Below the pieces are notes generated by a model, which searched no databases, had not been told where the DNA came from, and was given only the letters and a program-made list of their open reading frames with translations. From Candidatus Culexmicrobium cathedralense (GTDB lineage Archaea; Thermoproteota; Methanomethylicia; Culexarchaeales; Culexmicrobiaceae), in NCBI GenBank assembly GCA_025061115.1, contig JANZKC010000001.1, positions 256,001 to 320,000 on the forward strand: a DNA stretch of 64,000 nt. Direction: 5' to 3'. The position numbers and the translations under genes were made by a program. Shown piece after piece: positions 49,368-59,647 of the stretch. Positions within the stretch are counted from its first letter, which is position 1, and every line of letters starts with the position of its first letter.

Positions 49368-50258
49368 TTATGTTTCCTCCAATCGGAATATATGATTTGG
49401 AATCTCAGATAGCGCTATCAAGTAGCGTTTTAGGGTAAAGTTTTTAACAACTTGTTTGGGTGCATCTTCAAAGTCAGTCCAGTTAACTTTCTTTGCCTTA
49501 TAAACCCAGTATTCGCTCCTAGCTGATGCAGCTCGATTGTCGCAAATGTAAATTATCTTGTAGAGCGCGAGTGCTGCAGGTAAAGCTAGGTTTGTAGGTG
49601 TTAATTTGACGATTTCAAGCTTTGAAAGTAATGGTTTTCCAGATAACTCCTCAGCCTTCTCTATGGCACTATAGAGTACTGAATTAAGAAAATCAAGTTT
49701 TATTACTTTAATTAATTTAGATAGATTTTCATAAAAAGTGTAAAGTATTTTTTCGTTGAATTCTGCTTTTATTTTACTTGGAACTGTCTGATGTATACTG
49801 ATAACTCCTAACAGGCGTTCAACGTCTTTCCAGTGAAAAGCTTCATGGTGAAATAATATTGCATATGATATAATTGGCTTAGCGGCACCTTCAACAACTT
49901 TAGAAGCTATTATTGATGAAACTATGTTGTGTGGAGCCTTACTCGGCTTGCCTTTTCTGTAGCTGTTGGTGAGTTTTCCAAAGTCGTGAAGTAGTACTGC
50001 TGTTAAAGTTAGGTTCCATGGATTTTTAACGTTGCATTTACTAAGCAATCTTTCAATTGGCTTAGAATAGTATTTGGCTATAAGGATAGCTTCAATTAAG
50101 GATAATGCAATATGAGCAATGAGACAACCAGTCGGCTTCCCATCAAATATGTATGATGGAGTTTCTTGATAAATGCATGTTTTGCAATTAGTTTTACTCC
50201 CAAATAACTCAGAAAAAACTTTGTTCAACACTTTACATTCACGTGGCTTGCTAATCAT
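49368..50258 (-). CDS. cas3'': Cas3'' HD nuclease
   Basis: LHDFGK, HN..S, FHHE, CDNRAAS; directly after cas3'. Confidence 0.92.
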   Translation of the reverse strand: MISKPRECKVLNKVFSELFGSKTNCKTCIYQETPSYIFDGKPTGCLIAHIALSLIEAILIAKYYSKPIERLLSKCNVKNPWNLTLTAVLLHDFGKLTNSYRKGKPSKAPHNIVSSIIASKVVEGAAKPIISYAILFHHEAFHWKDVERLLGVISIHQTVPSKIKAEFNEKILYTFYENLSKLIKVIKLDFLNSVLYSAIEKAEELSGKPLLSKLEIVKLTPTNLALPAALALYKIIYICDNRAASARSEYWVYKAKKVNWTDFEDAPKQVVKNFTLKRYLIALSEIPNHIFRLEET

Positions 50259-52056
50259 AAACTCTCACTACTCCTAATTCATAATCATCCTTCACCTCGT
50301 AATATTGGGGATTAATGACAAAAATTTGGCATAGAGAAATGAAACTGCCACCTCGTTTAGACTTTAATTTTATCGCATCTACAAGGGTATCACAAGCTTT
50401 CGCGTAGACTTGAGATTTTTCATTTTCCTTTGCAATTGAAAGCGAAATATATATGGATTTTCCATTAATTAAATGTTCGAGTGCAGGGATTCTTCTCCAT
50501 AGAGAATCTTGATTTATAGATATGCTCAGCATTGACTTCTCAAGGTATTCATGAAACTTTGTTGAATCCATTGAAATAGGAGTAGTAATGTCTTGATTTT
50601 TTAACGCATTTTTTAAAGTGCCGAGTATATTTAAGTAATCGTCATGGTCAACTAGTACGCATTTAATTTCTATGCCAAGTCTTAGGAGAGAAGTTGAAGC
50701 TTTATAATAAAGATCTCTTTTCATAAAAATTGCCTCGCTCCAAAATCTTTTCAAATAACTGATAACCGCATTTAAATCATTTTCAACTTTCATCTGCAGC
50801 TCTCTTATGACGTCTTTGACGTATACTGAGTTAACAAGCTCAGTTGCTACATTAACATCTGCAACACTTTTAGAAAGATCATTTAAATTAACGATTTTTC
50901 TAGTTCTTTCAATAAGTATATTAGGGTAAACTCCTCTTGCTACATCATCGTAGTCGTAAATTATCGCAACGCCATCCTCACGTCTTGCACACCTTCCTAA
51001 ACGTTGTATTAGGGCATCTATTGGAGCTATTTCAGTTAATATTGACTTGAAGTCATAGTCAACACCTGCTTCAACAACTTGAGTTGCAACTACAACGTAG
51101 TCTTTAAGTCTTTCAGGTTCTTTTTCAAATTTTGTTTCTCGATTTTTTCGAGTAGATAGCTTTAATCTTGAGTGTAAAAGTTCTGCATTAAATCCCATTT
51201 CCTTGATTTTTTGGTAAGTCTTAACTGCTTTTTTGACAGTATTGCAAACTATAAGAGCAGGTAGTTTAAGGCTGTGCAGGGTATTTATATCGTCGATTAA
51301 CTTCTTGTGACGGATTTCTTCAACCTTAAGTAAGCCTCTCCTAGGTTTATCACTAGATGTTACTTCGACTAACTTCAGATTAAATCTATGAGATATATTC
51401 TTCAATTCTTCAAGTAGAGGCTGCGGCAAAGTTGCTGTCATTAATATCACTTGAGCTCCGGAGCTAGCTAAATTCACAATGTGATATGGAATTAGGGTCA
51501 TAGAATACCAGTTAGAGTCTTGGAGAAGCTGAACTTCATCTAATATGACTAGTGAACATGAAAGTTTTCCAAGTGGAAGTAGCAAATGGTGGCCATAAAC
51601 CCTAAATCCATATGCAGTATAAAATAACGTGTCGTAAGTTGTTAAAACTACATCGCCTTCTAGAAAGGATTTGCAGATGCTGAAGCCACCATAGTCAAGG
51701 AGAATAGTCAAAATTAGCGGTTTTAGCCTTAAGCTTATTGACTTACATGCTCTGCAGATCCTGCTATGCATGTTGCTTACTAAGCTCCTAGTTGGAAGAG
51801 CATATACTAAACTAAGCCACTTTCTCCATGTAAAAGCACTCGTAAAGTATGGAGTAATAGCAGCTTCAGTTTTTCCTGCCCCTGTAGGAGCCCTCAAAAT
51901 AACTATATCATTATCTTCATCAAGCGCTCTCCACAAGTCTTCGAAAAAATGAAATTTAATTAGGCTTCTACCCCTATCCTCTACAATAGCTTTAACTATA
52001 TTCCAGCAGCTATTTATGGTTCCTAGGCCACTGCTAGTTTCACTAGCTCTTTGCAT
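50251..52056 (-). CDS. cas3': Cas3' helicase
   Basis: APTGAGKT, DEVQ, MTAT, ATQVVEAGVD, QRLGRCAR; exact start uncertain. Confidence 0.94.
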   Translation of the reverse strand: MQRASETSSGLGTINSCWNIVKAIVEDRGRSLIKFHFFEDLWRALDEDNDIVILRAPTGAGKTEAAITPYFTSAFTWRKWLSLVYALPTRSLVSNMHSRICRACKSISLRLKPLILTILLDYGGFSICKSFLEGDVVLTTYDTLFYTAYGFRVYGHHLLLPLGKLSCSLVILDEVQLLQDSNWYSMTLIPYHIVNLASSGAQVILMTATLPQPLLEELKNISHRFNLKLVEVTSSDKPRRGLLKVEEIRHKKLIDDINTLHSLKLPALIVCNTVKKAVKTYQKIKEMGFNAELLHSRLKLSTRKNRETKFEKEPERLKDYVVVATQVVEAGVDYDFKSILTEIAPIDALIQRLGRCARREDGVAIIYDYDDVARGVYPNILIERTRKIVNLNDLSKSVADVNVATELVNSVYVKDVIRELQMKVENDLNAVISYLKRFWSEAIFMKRDLYYKASTSLLRLGIEIKCVLVDHDDYLNILGTLKNALKNQDITTPISMDSTKFHEYLEKSMLSISINQDSLWRRIPALEHLINGKSIYISLSIAKENEKSQVYAKACDTLVDAIKLKSKRGGSFISLCQIFVINPQYYEVKDDYELGVVRVYD

Positions 52057-53087
52057 AGATTTACACCTAACCCCCTGTCCAGAGTCCCCGAAGCAAGCCT
52101 CGCGAACATGTATAGGTCGTTAATCCTTCTGGTAAACAAGTATCTAAAGAGAGCATCAAGGGATGCGATATCCTTCAGTCTAGCAAGTCTTCTAACAATT
52201 ATCTGAAGAGCATCAAATGTTCCAACTTCACCCTCGACATAAATTCTCTTTAAGGCATCTATTACAGGGTCAATGCTAATCTCCTCATAACCTCTTATTT
52301 GAGGCACTTTCACTATCTCAAATGTCGTTGATAATGCCCTCCAAGAAGCATTGGAGTCAGCCAAAGCTACAACTACGTCTCCACTGAATAGAGTAATAAT
52401 AAGATTTGTAAATGTACTCAAAGGAAGATCTTCAATATGACGACTTAATTCATTTTTTGCTTGATCCATCTCCGGTCCGTGAATAAACTTTCTAACAACA
52501 TTCATTGTTTCACATAGAATTTCTCCATCAAAAGTTAGCAAGATCATGTTAGTTCTTCTACGAAAAGTAACAGGTATCATCATTGAGCTTGCTCCAAGCG
52601 CAGCAGCGGCTATGCACTGAGGACAAGCAGCATATCGTCTTGCGAGATACTTATATTCTCCAGTTAAATATTTTCCTAAATAAGGCGATAATGGAAGCCA
52701 AACTGTAGTCCCCTTACTTCCACGTCCCTCTCTATCTGCATGGCCGGGCTTTAATAGCCTTTCTAAATAATTAATACATGTACTCTTATCGCAAATTGAC
52801 TTTAAGGCGCCTTCTAAACCTCGCTTGGAACTCTTCATAACGACGCGCGCTCTATTAATTAAGAGATCTAATGTCTCCTCAATGCGCTTCCATGCGGCAT
52901 TTGCTAAGGCTTCACCAATAACATCGATATCGGCATTAACACTCAAACAAAACAAGCCGCCTAAACCCTCAAGTTCACAACTCAAATTGCTAGAACTGAT
53001 AGCTTCGAATAGGCCGTACATTATTAGCGTATCCATGAATAAACCATGGCCGGGAGTAAAAATTTTTGTAATCTTCATATTTATCAC
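52023..53087 (-). CDS. cas8a: Type I-A large subunit Cas8a (Csa4-like)
   Basis: Position between cas5 and cas3'; TPGH N-terminus, P..GKY, CPQC. Confidence 0.78.
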   Translation of the reverse strand: MINMKITKIFTPGHGLFMDTLIMYGLFEAISSSNLSCELEGLGGLFCLSVNADIDVIGEALANAAWKRIEETLDLLINRARVVMKSSKRGLEGALKSICDKSTCINYLERLLKPGHADREGRGSKGTTVWLPLSPYLGKYLTGEYKYLARRYAACPQCIAAAALGASSMMIPVTFRRRTNMILLTFDGEILCETMNVVRKFIHGPEMDQAKNELSRHIEDLPLSTFTNLIITLFSGDVVVALADSNASWRALSTTFEIVKVPQIRGYEEISIDPVIDALKRIYVEGEVGTFDALQIIVRRLARLKDIASLDALFRYLFTRRINDLYMFARLASGTLDRGLGVNLCKELVKLAVA

Positions 53088-53884
53088 CTAACTATAAGTT
53101 CTCCATCAACATCAAAAACTTCATGTGGAATTGAATATCTAATTTTAACAGTTGAAGGAGTATACGCAATAAATCTTATCCCCTTACGAGTACTATGCAT
53201 TTTTCTTTCGCATGGGATGATGTAGCCTTTAAGAGTCCTATGCTCATCGCACATTTTAATGTAAAGATATGAACCTTCAACATTAACTAAATCTTCACCA
53301 TAATGTGGCAAAGGATATTTAGTTTCAACAACTTTAATTTCAATCTTCTTGCAACTTGCTTCCCAAACTTCTACAACAGTACACAGGGATTCAGTGTCGC
53401 CTAATCGCTGTATTAAATATAGTGCTTCTGGCTTAACTTCTTCACTTAAAATCCAGACACACTTAAAGATTGCTGAAGTTACATATTCACGATAAAGAGC
53501 GTCGGTGAGTTCAACCTCAATAATCTTTCTTGCTTCATCAATTAAACCCTGACTTATCAAATCTAGGAATCGCTTAAATGGCGGAACGGCTTTACTCACC
53601 TTCGCTTCAAAGCCTTTGTCAAGTATTCGGAATCTTCTTAATATAACTGGAGAAACCACAACTGCTGGGCTTTCAATAGTTGCTCGAGCAGCCAAAATCA
53701 TATCTCTAGCAATGTTCAATGCCTTTAATCCAATTTCACGGTGAACACCAATACAATATGCTAATGCACCAACCAAAGTCGAGGGTTGAGGGATTGGAAG
53801 AGTAATTCCAACTTGAAAAGCTTCAGGATTTTTAATTGAAAAAATTGGAGAGCGTATTTTAGCGCATATCGCTGTTAAAGCCAC
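53084..53884 (-). CDS. cas5: Type I-A Cas5
   Basis: PIPQPSTLVGALA, DALYREYV, RLGDTES; GTG start overlapping the cas7 stop (ORF track begins 53908). Confidence 0.92.
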   Translation of the reverse strand: MALTAICAKIRSPIFSIKNPEAFQVGITLPIPQPSTLVGALAYCIGVHREIGLKALNIARDMILAARATIESPAVVVSPVILRRFRILDKGFEAKVSKAVPPFKRFLDLISQGLIDEARKIIEVELTDALYREYVTSAIFKCVWILSEEVKPEALYLIQRLGDTESLCTVVEVWEASCKKIEIKVVETKYPLPHYGEDLVNVEGSYLYIKMCDEHRTLKGYIIPCERKMHSTRKGIRFIAYTPSTVKIRYSIPHEVFDVDGELIVR

Positions 53885-54825
53885 TTTTCGACATCCTCCG
53901 CAGCACACGCTATTGCTTCACTTAATGATTTTTTCTCTTCAAATACCAATCCCACTTCTCTCAGTGCTTTTGCTGGCTCGCTCCCTACGGCATAAACTTT
54001 AAAGTCGCCTTCGCTAAGAAAACCTTTTTCTACGAGGGCCTTTAAGATACCTGCAGTTTCTTCAGCATAATCCATGTAAAATCCATGGATAGCATTTGGA
54101 ATTGGCCTCTTAGATATTAATATGATAGCTTCCGTTACCTTCATTATCGGCAAAGCTCGAGCTTGAGCAGCGCCGACTTGGCCGCTGAAAACATGTCCTA
54201 GAGATAATATTGCAGCTTTGATCCTTATTTTGCGCTCATTAACATCAATGACTTTACTTGGATTAGACTGTGAGCGGCCTGCGTAGGTCAAGTCCATTGT
54301 GCATCCAAAGCCATAAAGGCCGCTTGCGTATTCTCTCTTCATAATCATCATAGCTTGCTCAGTTGCTACTGCACCTTTCTCATTAATAACAACTCTATTA
54401 TGAGTAACAGCACTATACTCAGCTCGTATGTCCTCCACTGGAATTATAAATGAAAACTTGCACACGCTTTCTCTTCTTATTTGCTTATTTGGATCTAGAA
54501 AACCGTGAAGATCTTCGATGGCACATTTTTCAATGTATTCAATCTCATCGTTTAATCCAAGATTAGACCTAAACATTACATGACGGCTGCAATTTTCGCA
54601 TAGCTTGTCGTATCCCCAGCTCTTTAAAAGATCTACAAGCGCTACAGCATGCCAATGCTTAACCATATTGCCAGAAATTACCGGCTCCTCACTAACATCA
54701 ATACCTTCAGCAGTCCTTCTAACAACAAACATCTTAGACAATGACATGTAATTTCCAACGGCACCTTCTGCATTTGCACTATGGAGGTTAATTAAAGCTC
54801 TACCAGTTAAACGAAGATAAACCAT
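53875..54825 (-). CDS. cas7: Type I-A Cas7 (Csa2)
   Basis: HSANAEG..GNY, ISGNMVKH, EDLHGFL, RRES..KFSF, HNRV, EYASGLY. Confidence 0.95.
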   Translation of the reverse strand: MVYLRLTGRALINLHSANAEGAVGNYMSLSKMFVVRRTAEGIDVSEEPVISGNMVKHWHAVALVDLLKSWGYDKLCENCSRHVMFRSNLGLNDEIEYIEKCAIEDLHGFLDPNKQIRRESVCKFSFIIPVEDIRAEYSAVTHNRVVINEKGAVATEQAMMIMKREYASGLYGFGCTMDLTYAGRSQSNPSKVIDVNERKIRIKAAILSLGHVFSGQVGAAQARALPIMKVTEAIILISKRPIPNAIHGFYMDYAEETAGILKALVEKGFLSEGDFKVYAVGSEPAKALREVGLVFEEKKSLSEAIACAAEDVEKWL

Positions 54826-54829
54826 TTAC

Positions 54830-55234
54830 TCACCCCCTCTCCTGAATACCTTCATATGCGAGTGCAAGGGAGGCGACTACACTGCCAACAAGCCTGGGAT
54901 TGTGCTTAGCCAACTCAAGCACTCTGTTTATGCAGTCTCTGCCAACTCTGAATAACTTATCAACGTTTTCGACACCTTCCATAGTAAGCTTGTATTCCCC
55001 CCTCGTCAACCCTTCTTTTAATCGCCGCAGTACCCTTTCAAGAACACGTACACTTTCATATACAGCTCTAGCGAAATCTTCGACATCCCTAGGCCTAGCC
55101 AGCTTATCGAATAAGCCATAGTTTGCTTCAACAACCTTGTAAGCTGCCAAGTACCTTACAAATGCATCAATACAACGATCAGAGGTTAATGTATTTAGCA
55201 ACTCTTCCTTTCTCAAGTTAATAGCCTCCATCAA
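54830..55234 (-). CDS. csa5: Type I-A small subunit Csa5 (Cas11)
   Basis: Small helical protein directly upstream of cas7; NY...DKLA...AVYE..R...ASLALA. Confidence 0.75.
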   Translation of the reverse strand: MMEAINLRKEELLNTLTSDRCIDAFVRYLAAYKVVEANYGLFDKLARPRDVEDFARAVYESVRVLERVLRRLKEGLTRGEYKLTMEGVENVDKLFRVGRDCINRVLELAKHNPRLVGSVVASLALAYEGIQERG

Positions 55235-55324
55235 ATATTTAATAAATTAAAATACTTAAAAAATTTTCGATTATTTTTCTTAATTATAAAAATTATTAAT
55301 TAAACATGCAATATTCATGATAAA

Positions 55325-55981
55325 CTATGCAAGTAGCATGCCTAACTTAGTTACTTCAAACTCACGTCCAGTACGTCTAACTAATCCCTTCTCTTCAAGC
55401 CATAAGAGGTGTCGATGTATGGTGCTTCGATCCCTATCTAGCGAAGTAGCAATTCTTCCAGTATTTGCAGGACCATACTTGGCAAGAAAATGAAGAACAT
55501 TTAGCTTCTCCTTAGTAATAATAAAGTCTAAAACTTTATGGACTGGAGGAACCTTTAATGTTTCTCCGCGTCCTTCCAAAGATATTTCAATGTGAGGTTC
55601 TTTTTGCCAGCTAGTAAGTAAATAAGCGATAAAAGTAGCTAAGCATAGAGCACGCATACCGCCAACGATAGAAATTGCAACATTGGAATTCACTAAATCA
55701 GCGAAAAGCTCTCTAATCCGCCTAACAGCCAGATCTATTGAAGACAAATCAATGATGATTCTTTTAATGTTAATATTGATATTTCCAAGCATCATGCTGC
55801 AAATCCTATTAAGATCCATGAAAGCCCTATCAGCTCGCTCATCCTTAAAATTAGGCATTAATACGAAGATTCTAGCTCCATTACGTAAATTATGAGAAGC
55901 AACCGCTCGTATAAGTGGTCCTGATTCAAAACCTAAAGTTAAAACAACTGCATCAAACATGTCAGACTGTGCGTTGCTCAT
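55325..55981 (-). CDS. csa3: Csa3 CARF-wHTH transcriptional regulator
   Basis: TLGF, GGMR (CARF); STIHRHL..LEEKGLV (wHTH). Confidence 0.93.
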   Translation of the reverse strand: MSNAQSDMFDAVVLTLGFESGPLIRAVASHNLRNGARIFVLMPNFKDERADRAFMDLNRICSMMLGNININIKRIIIDLSSIDLAVRRIRELFADLVNSNVAISIVGGMRALCLATFIAYLLTSWQKEPHIEISLEGRGETLKVPPVHKVLDFIITKEKLNVLHFLAKYGPANTGRIATSLDRDRSTIHRHLLWLEEKGLVRRTGREFEVTKLGMLLA

Positions 55982-56270
55982 ACAACATCTCCAAATAATA
56001 TATGGAAAGATAAAATAAATTCTTCATAACTCAAATGAACACCAGCGTAGAAAATTCATTAACTACTTCATTCAGTCCATCTAAACTTTACAACAAAGCA
56101 TTATATTAGAAAGATAGAAACACAATGTTATTGGAGCATCTTAAATACCAAAAACATTAGCTTTTATAATATCATAATAAAGGTAGGACAAATTTATTAA
56201 GATATTTTTCAAGTTTTTAAATGAATATTTATAAAATACGGCATATGTTTTAAGTTTGGTTGATGTTAGT

Positions 56271-57419
56271 TTATTTTATTAGTACGTTTAGAAGCAACTT
56301 TTCTAGGTTTGTTTCTGTTTTGGCGTCTATTGGTATTATTTTTGTGATTTTTCCTTTTTTGTGTGCTATGATTAGGTTTGTTGCGTTGTTTAGGTGGCAT
56401 GCGTGGTTTGTTATTATGTTTATTTTTTGTCCTACTTTGATGTCTTTTTCTTTGGTTATGTCTAGTTTTGCTACTTCTTGGGATACTGCTGTTATTATTG
56501 CTTTTGGGTGTTTTATTGCTTGTCCATATCCTTTTATGTTTCCTCTGATTTGTTTGTCGATGTATTTGCTTCCTGCGTTTATTATTGCTGTTTTTCCGTT
56601 TGAGTGTTCTGGTATTGATGTTATTGTTGCTAGTAGGGTTAGGGCGCAGTTTTCTAGTTTTGCTGATCCGTATGCTAGTGCTTGGGTTCGGTCGTAGTAT
56701 ATGTAGTTGCCCGGGAATAGGTGGGTGTAGATTGGTTCTTTTACGTCGAATCTGAAGGTTGGTGTTGATCCTGCTCCTACTATTTCAGCTTCAAGGTTAT
56801 TGGCTTTTAGGGATTTTAAGGCGATTTGCATTTGCTGGGCGGCTTGCTTTGCTATTTCTTCGACTTCCTTGGGGTTTTTGGCCTTGTACGCATTTCCTTG
56901 ATGAGTTGCTATGCCTATGAATTTTAGGTTTGAGTATTTTTCGAGTTTCTTTGCGAATTTTCCAACGTTTTCCGGCTTTACGCCGTATCTGTGATAGCCT
57001 ACATCTACTTTGATGCAGTATTCTGCTTTTAACTTTCTTTCCTCTAGTTTATTGTTCAAGAATTCTGCTACGTCTAGATTATCTATTCTTAGGATTACTC
57101 TTGCGCCGTTTTCAATTAGATTTGCTATTCGATTGAAGTTTTCTTTGTCTGCTATTGGGTAGGCTAGCATAACTGTGCTGGTTACGCCTGAGTTTATTAG
57201 TGCTTCTGCTTCAGTTATGGTTCCGCATAGGAAGCCGTTTGCACCTGCTTTCTTTTGAAGTTTTGCAATGTATGTTGATTTTGAGGTTTTGAACATTGGC
57301 CACAGGATTTTTCCATTTAACTTTGCCTTTCTTGCTGCTTCCCAAATATTGTTCATTAATTTTTCTAGGTCTACCAGTACGATTGGTGTTGGTAAATCTG
57401 TGATGTATAGTGCAGTCAT
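56271..57419 (-). CDS. Alanine-racemase-fold PLP enzyme (DSD1 / D-threonine aldolase-like)
   Basis: LPTP..VDL, PMFKTSK PLP lysine, DVGYHRYGV, GSTPT, PGNY, NHACH; likely start 57419 (ORF track 57521). Confidence 0.88.
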   Translation of the reverse strand: MTALYITDLPTPIVLVDLEKLMNNIWEAARKAKLNGKILWPMFKTSKSTYIAKLQKKAGANGFLCGTITEAEALINSGVTSTVMLAYPIADKENFNRIANLIENGARVILRIDNLDVAEFLNNKLEERKLKAEYCIKVDVGYHRYGVKPENVGKFAKKLEKYSNLKFIGIATHQGNAYKAKNPKEVEEIAKQAAQQMQIALKSLKANNLEAEIVGAGSTPTFRFDVKEPIYTHLFPGNYIYYDRTQALAYGSAKLENCALTLLATITSIPEHSNGKTAIINAGSKYIDKQIRGNIKGYGQAIKHPKAIITAVSQEVAKLDITKEKDIKVGQKINIITNHACHLNNATNLIIAHKKGKITKIIPIDAKTETNLEKLLLNVLIK

Positions 57420-57847
57420 AACATCTAATATAGTTTGCAGACCATATATTATTGTTGCGACTTTCGTTAAATGATCCACAATGATTAGGATCAAAATGGT
57501 GCAGCGTTCGATAGAATGCATTTATATTAATGATAGTATTACAACTATTTTATTTATTAGTGTAAAAGAGATTTGCATAGTGAGTAAACTTTTAGATGTT
57601 CTTTCTTCTAATTTATATTTGGTGAAAGTATCTTGATTAGCACTTTTAGTCAGAAGTTTGATATGCTTATGGTCTTATTTTCCTTATTATTTGTAGTTGT
57701 TGTTCCTTCTGTTATGAATTTATTCGTTTTTTAAAGAAAAAAGTTAATTTATAAGATCTATAATGCAAAATTTGGTAACTTTCTATTGATTAATTTAATT
57801 GAATAACTTTATATTTCAACATTTATCAATTTAGATGGGGGATTTTT

Positions 57848-58669
57848 GTGTATGATTCTCTGATGGGTGGCAGGCAGTGGCCATTTAGGTTTCAATTATT
57901 TGTTTATGAGCCTGGTAGGCGTGTGATTGGGTTTCATTTAGTTTTGGATCCTCGCTCAATTTATAGGGCTTGCATTATTGGCGGTATCACGAACGTTTTT
58001 GCTTCTAGGGGAATTCCAATTATAAATTTCGCCGTATCTCTAACTCCATTTGAAAAGAACCACTGTGTATTATATGTTGACCTGAGTAATAATGAGGATG
58101 TTGATGTTATGGATTTACTTTCAGATTTAAAGCATGTTCCATACGTAGTTGATGTTATTTTAATCAAACCGCTTTTTGATGGCTTTGCTGCCGATCCATA
58201 TTTCTTCCCGTTGATATTTGGCGATGAGAGGGCCGTCATCTTTTTAAAGAGGGGGTATGAGGGATTGATTAAGCATGGAAGGAAAAAGCTCGGCTCAGGA
58301 TTTGACGCCATACTATACCTTGAAGGATACAATTTAGGTGCAAATACATTTTTGCGGTGGTATAAGGAATTGGCCGATAAAAGTTCTGAAAACCTACTGA
58401 AAATGGCTAAAACACTCTTCCAGCAAGTTGGATATGGAATTATAGTTATTGAATCCGTAAATACGGAAAGAGCTGAGGCAATCATTAGAATTTACGACAA
58501 CTTTGAATGCGAGCTTTTTAGGGGATCTGATAAGCCCGAATCCCACTTAGTTAGGGGAATGATTGCAGGATGGTTTAGCCAATTTTTCAATAAGAATGTT
58601 ATAGCAATAGAAACCAAGTGCATCGCTAAGGGCGATCCATACTGCGAATTTCAAATTAAGCCAAAATAA
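57848..58669 (+). CDS. ACT-like plus V4R-domain protein; paralog of 8501..9298
   Basis: NFECE...RGMIAG...ETKCIAKGDPYCEF. Confidence 0.85.
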   Translation: MYDSLMGGRQWPFRFQLFVYEPGRRVIGFHLVLDPRSIYRACIIGGITNVFASRGIPIINFAVSLTPFEKNHCVLYVDLSNNEDVDVMDLLSDLKHVPYVVDVILIKPLFDGFAADPYFFPLIFGDERAVIFLKRGYEGLIKHGRKKLGSGFDAILYLEGYNLGANTFLRWYKELADKSSENLLKMAKTLFQQVGYGIIVIESVNTERAEAIIRIYDNFECELFRGSDKPESHLVRGMIAGWFSQFFNKNVIAIETKCIAKGDPYCEFQIKPK

Positions 58670-58751
58670 TATTCATTTGATTTTGACATCGAAATTGATG
58701 TTTTAGTCAAATTAATCAATTAAATAAAAGTTTTCAATACTTACTTATGCT

Positions 58752-59645
58752 ATGAGCAACATGTTTATTGAAGTGCAGGCTTCGCGCATCAATGTGGATT
58801 TGAGGAAGATTCTGCTAGCAGCATTGGCATTCATAGTTTTTGCAGCTAGTATACATTTTTATTTGGAGAGCCTAAGTGAAATGATCGTAATTTCTAATGA
58901 TCCCGACTTTTTAAGTGGGGAGAGCTGGAATGTAGGGTTCTACTCTGCAGATGCAACATCATATTACGTGTACCATAATGATGTTTATGCTTTTCATGTT
59001 GTCGACTTCACTGGAGATGATAAACTTGGTTGGGGCTTTGCTCATCAGGGATTGCTTCCCCACGGTTGGGGTCTCGCACCACCATTAAATTTTATGGTTG
59101 AAGTTAATCCTCGATGTCCTGGCCGGTTAATTCTAGAAATTAAGTTGAAGCGCTCCAAAGTTACTTGGCTTAATGGCAGCATTCCACATTGGCTAAGTAG
59201 ATATGGATTTAGGGGACATTGTCAAATAGGATTGATGCTTTGCTTTGAAATTCCAGGCAGAAATTACAATGCGAGCACAATTGTTGCTGACTCGAATTTT
59301 CAATTTGAAGTCACCTTTTTGAGGTGTAGATTGAAATTTGACGGTGAAGTAGCATTTCTAGGCGATGATTACCCATTTTGGACTCCTGAATACGATAACG
59401 ATACTCATGTGCTTTTCAGCATAACCCAAACATCCAGTGGCAAGTGGAATGAAATTAAAATTGACTTGACGCTATACTTATGGAGAGCGTGGAAAGCAGT
59501 TTCCAACCGCTTCGGAGAAGTCGGTTATGTTAGGTTAAGGTGGATTAACTTTTACATTGAAGTTCTAAATGCTCAAATAGATGTTGAAGTCGATTACATT
59601 AAATTAATTTACAAGCCTAGGCCGAAAATTGCATGCGGATTATAG
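58752..59645 (+). CDS. Membrane-anchored extracellular hypothetical protein
   Basis: Single N-terminal TM, aromatic beta-rich domain ending EVDYIKL. Confidence 0.65.
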   Translation: MSNMFIEVQASRINVDLRKILLAALAFIVFAASIHFYLESLSEMIVISNDPDFLSGESWNVGFYSADATSYYVYHNDVYAFHVVDFTGDDKLGWGFAHQGLLPHGWGLAPPLNFMVEVNPRCPGRLILEIKLKRSKVTWLNGSIPHWLSRYGFRGHCQIGLMLCFEIPGRNYNASTIVADSNFQFEVTFLRCRLKFDGEVAFLGDDYPFWTPEYDNDTHVLFSITQTSSGKWNEIKIDLTLYLWRAWKAVSNRFGEVGYVRLRWINFYIEVLNAQIDVEVDYIKLIYKPRPKIACGL

Positions 59646-59647
59646 CG

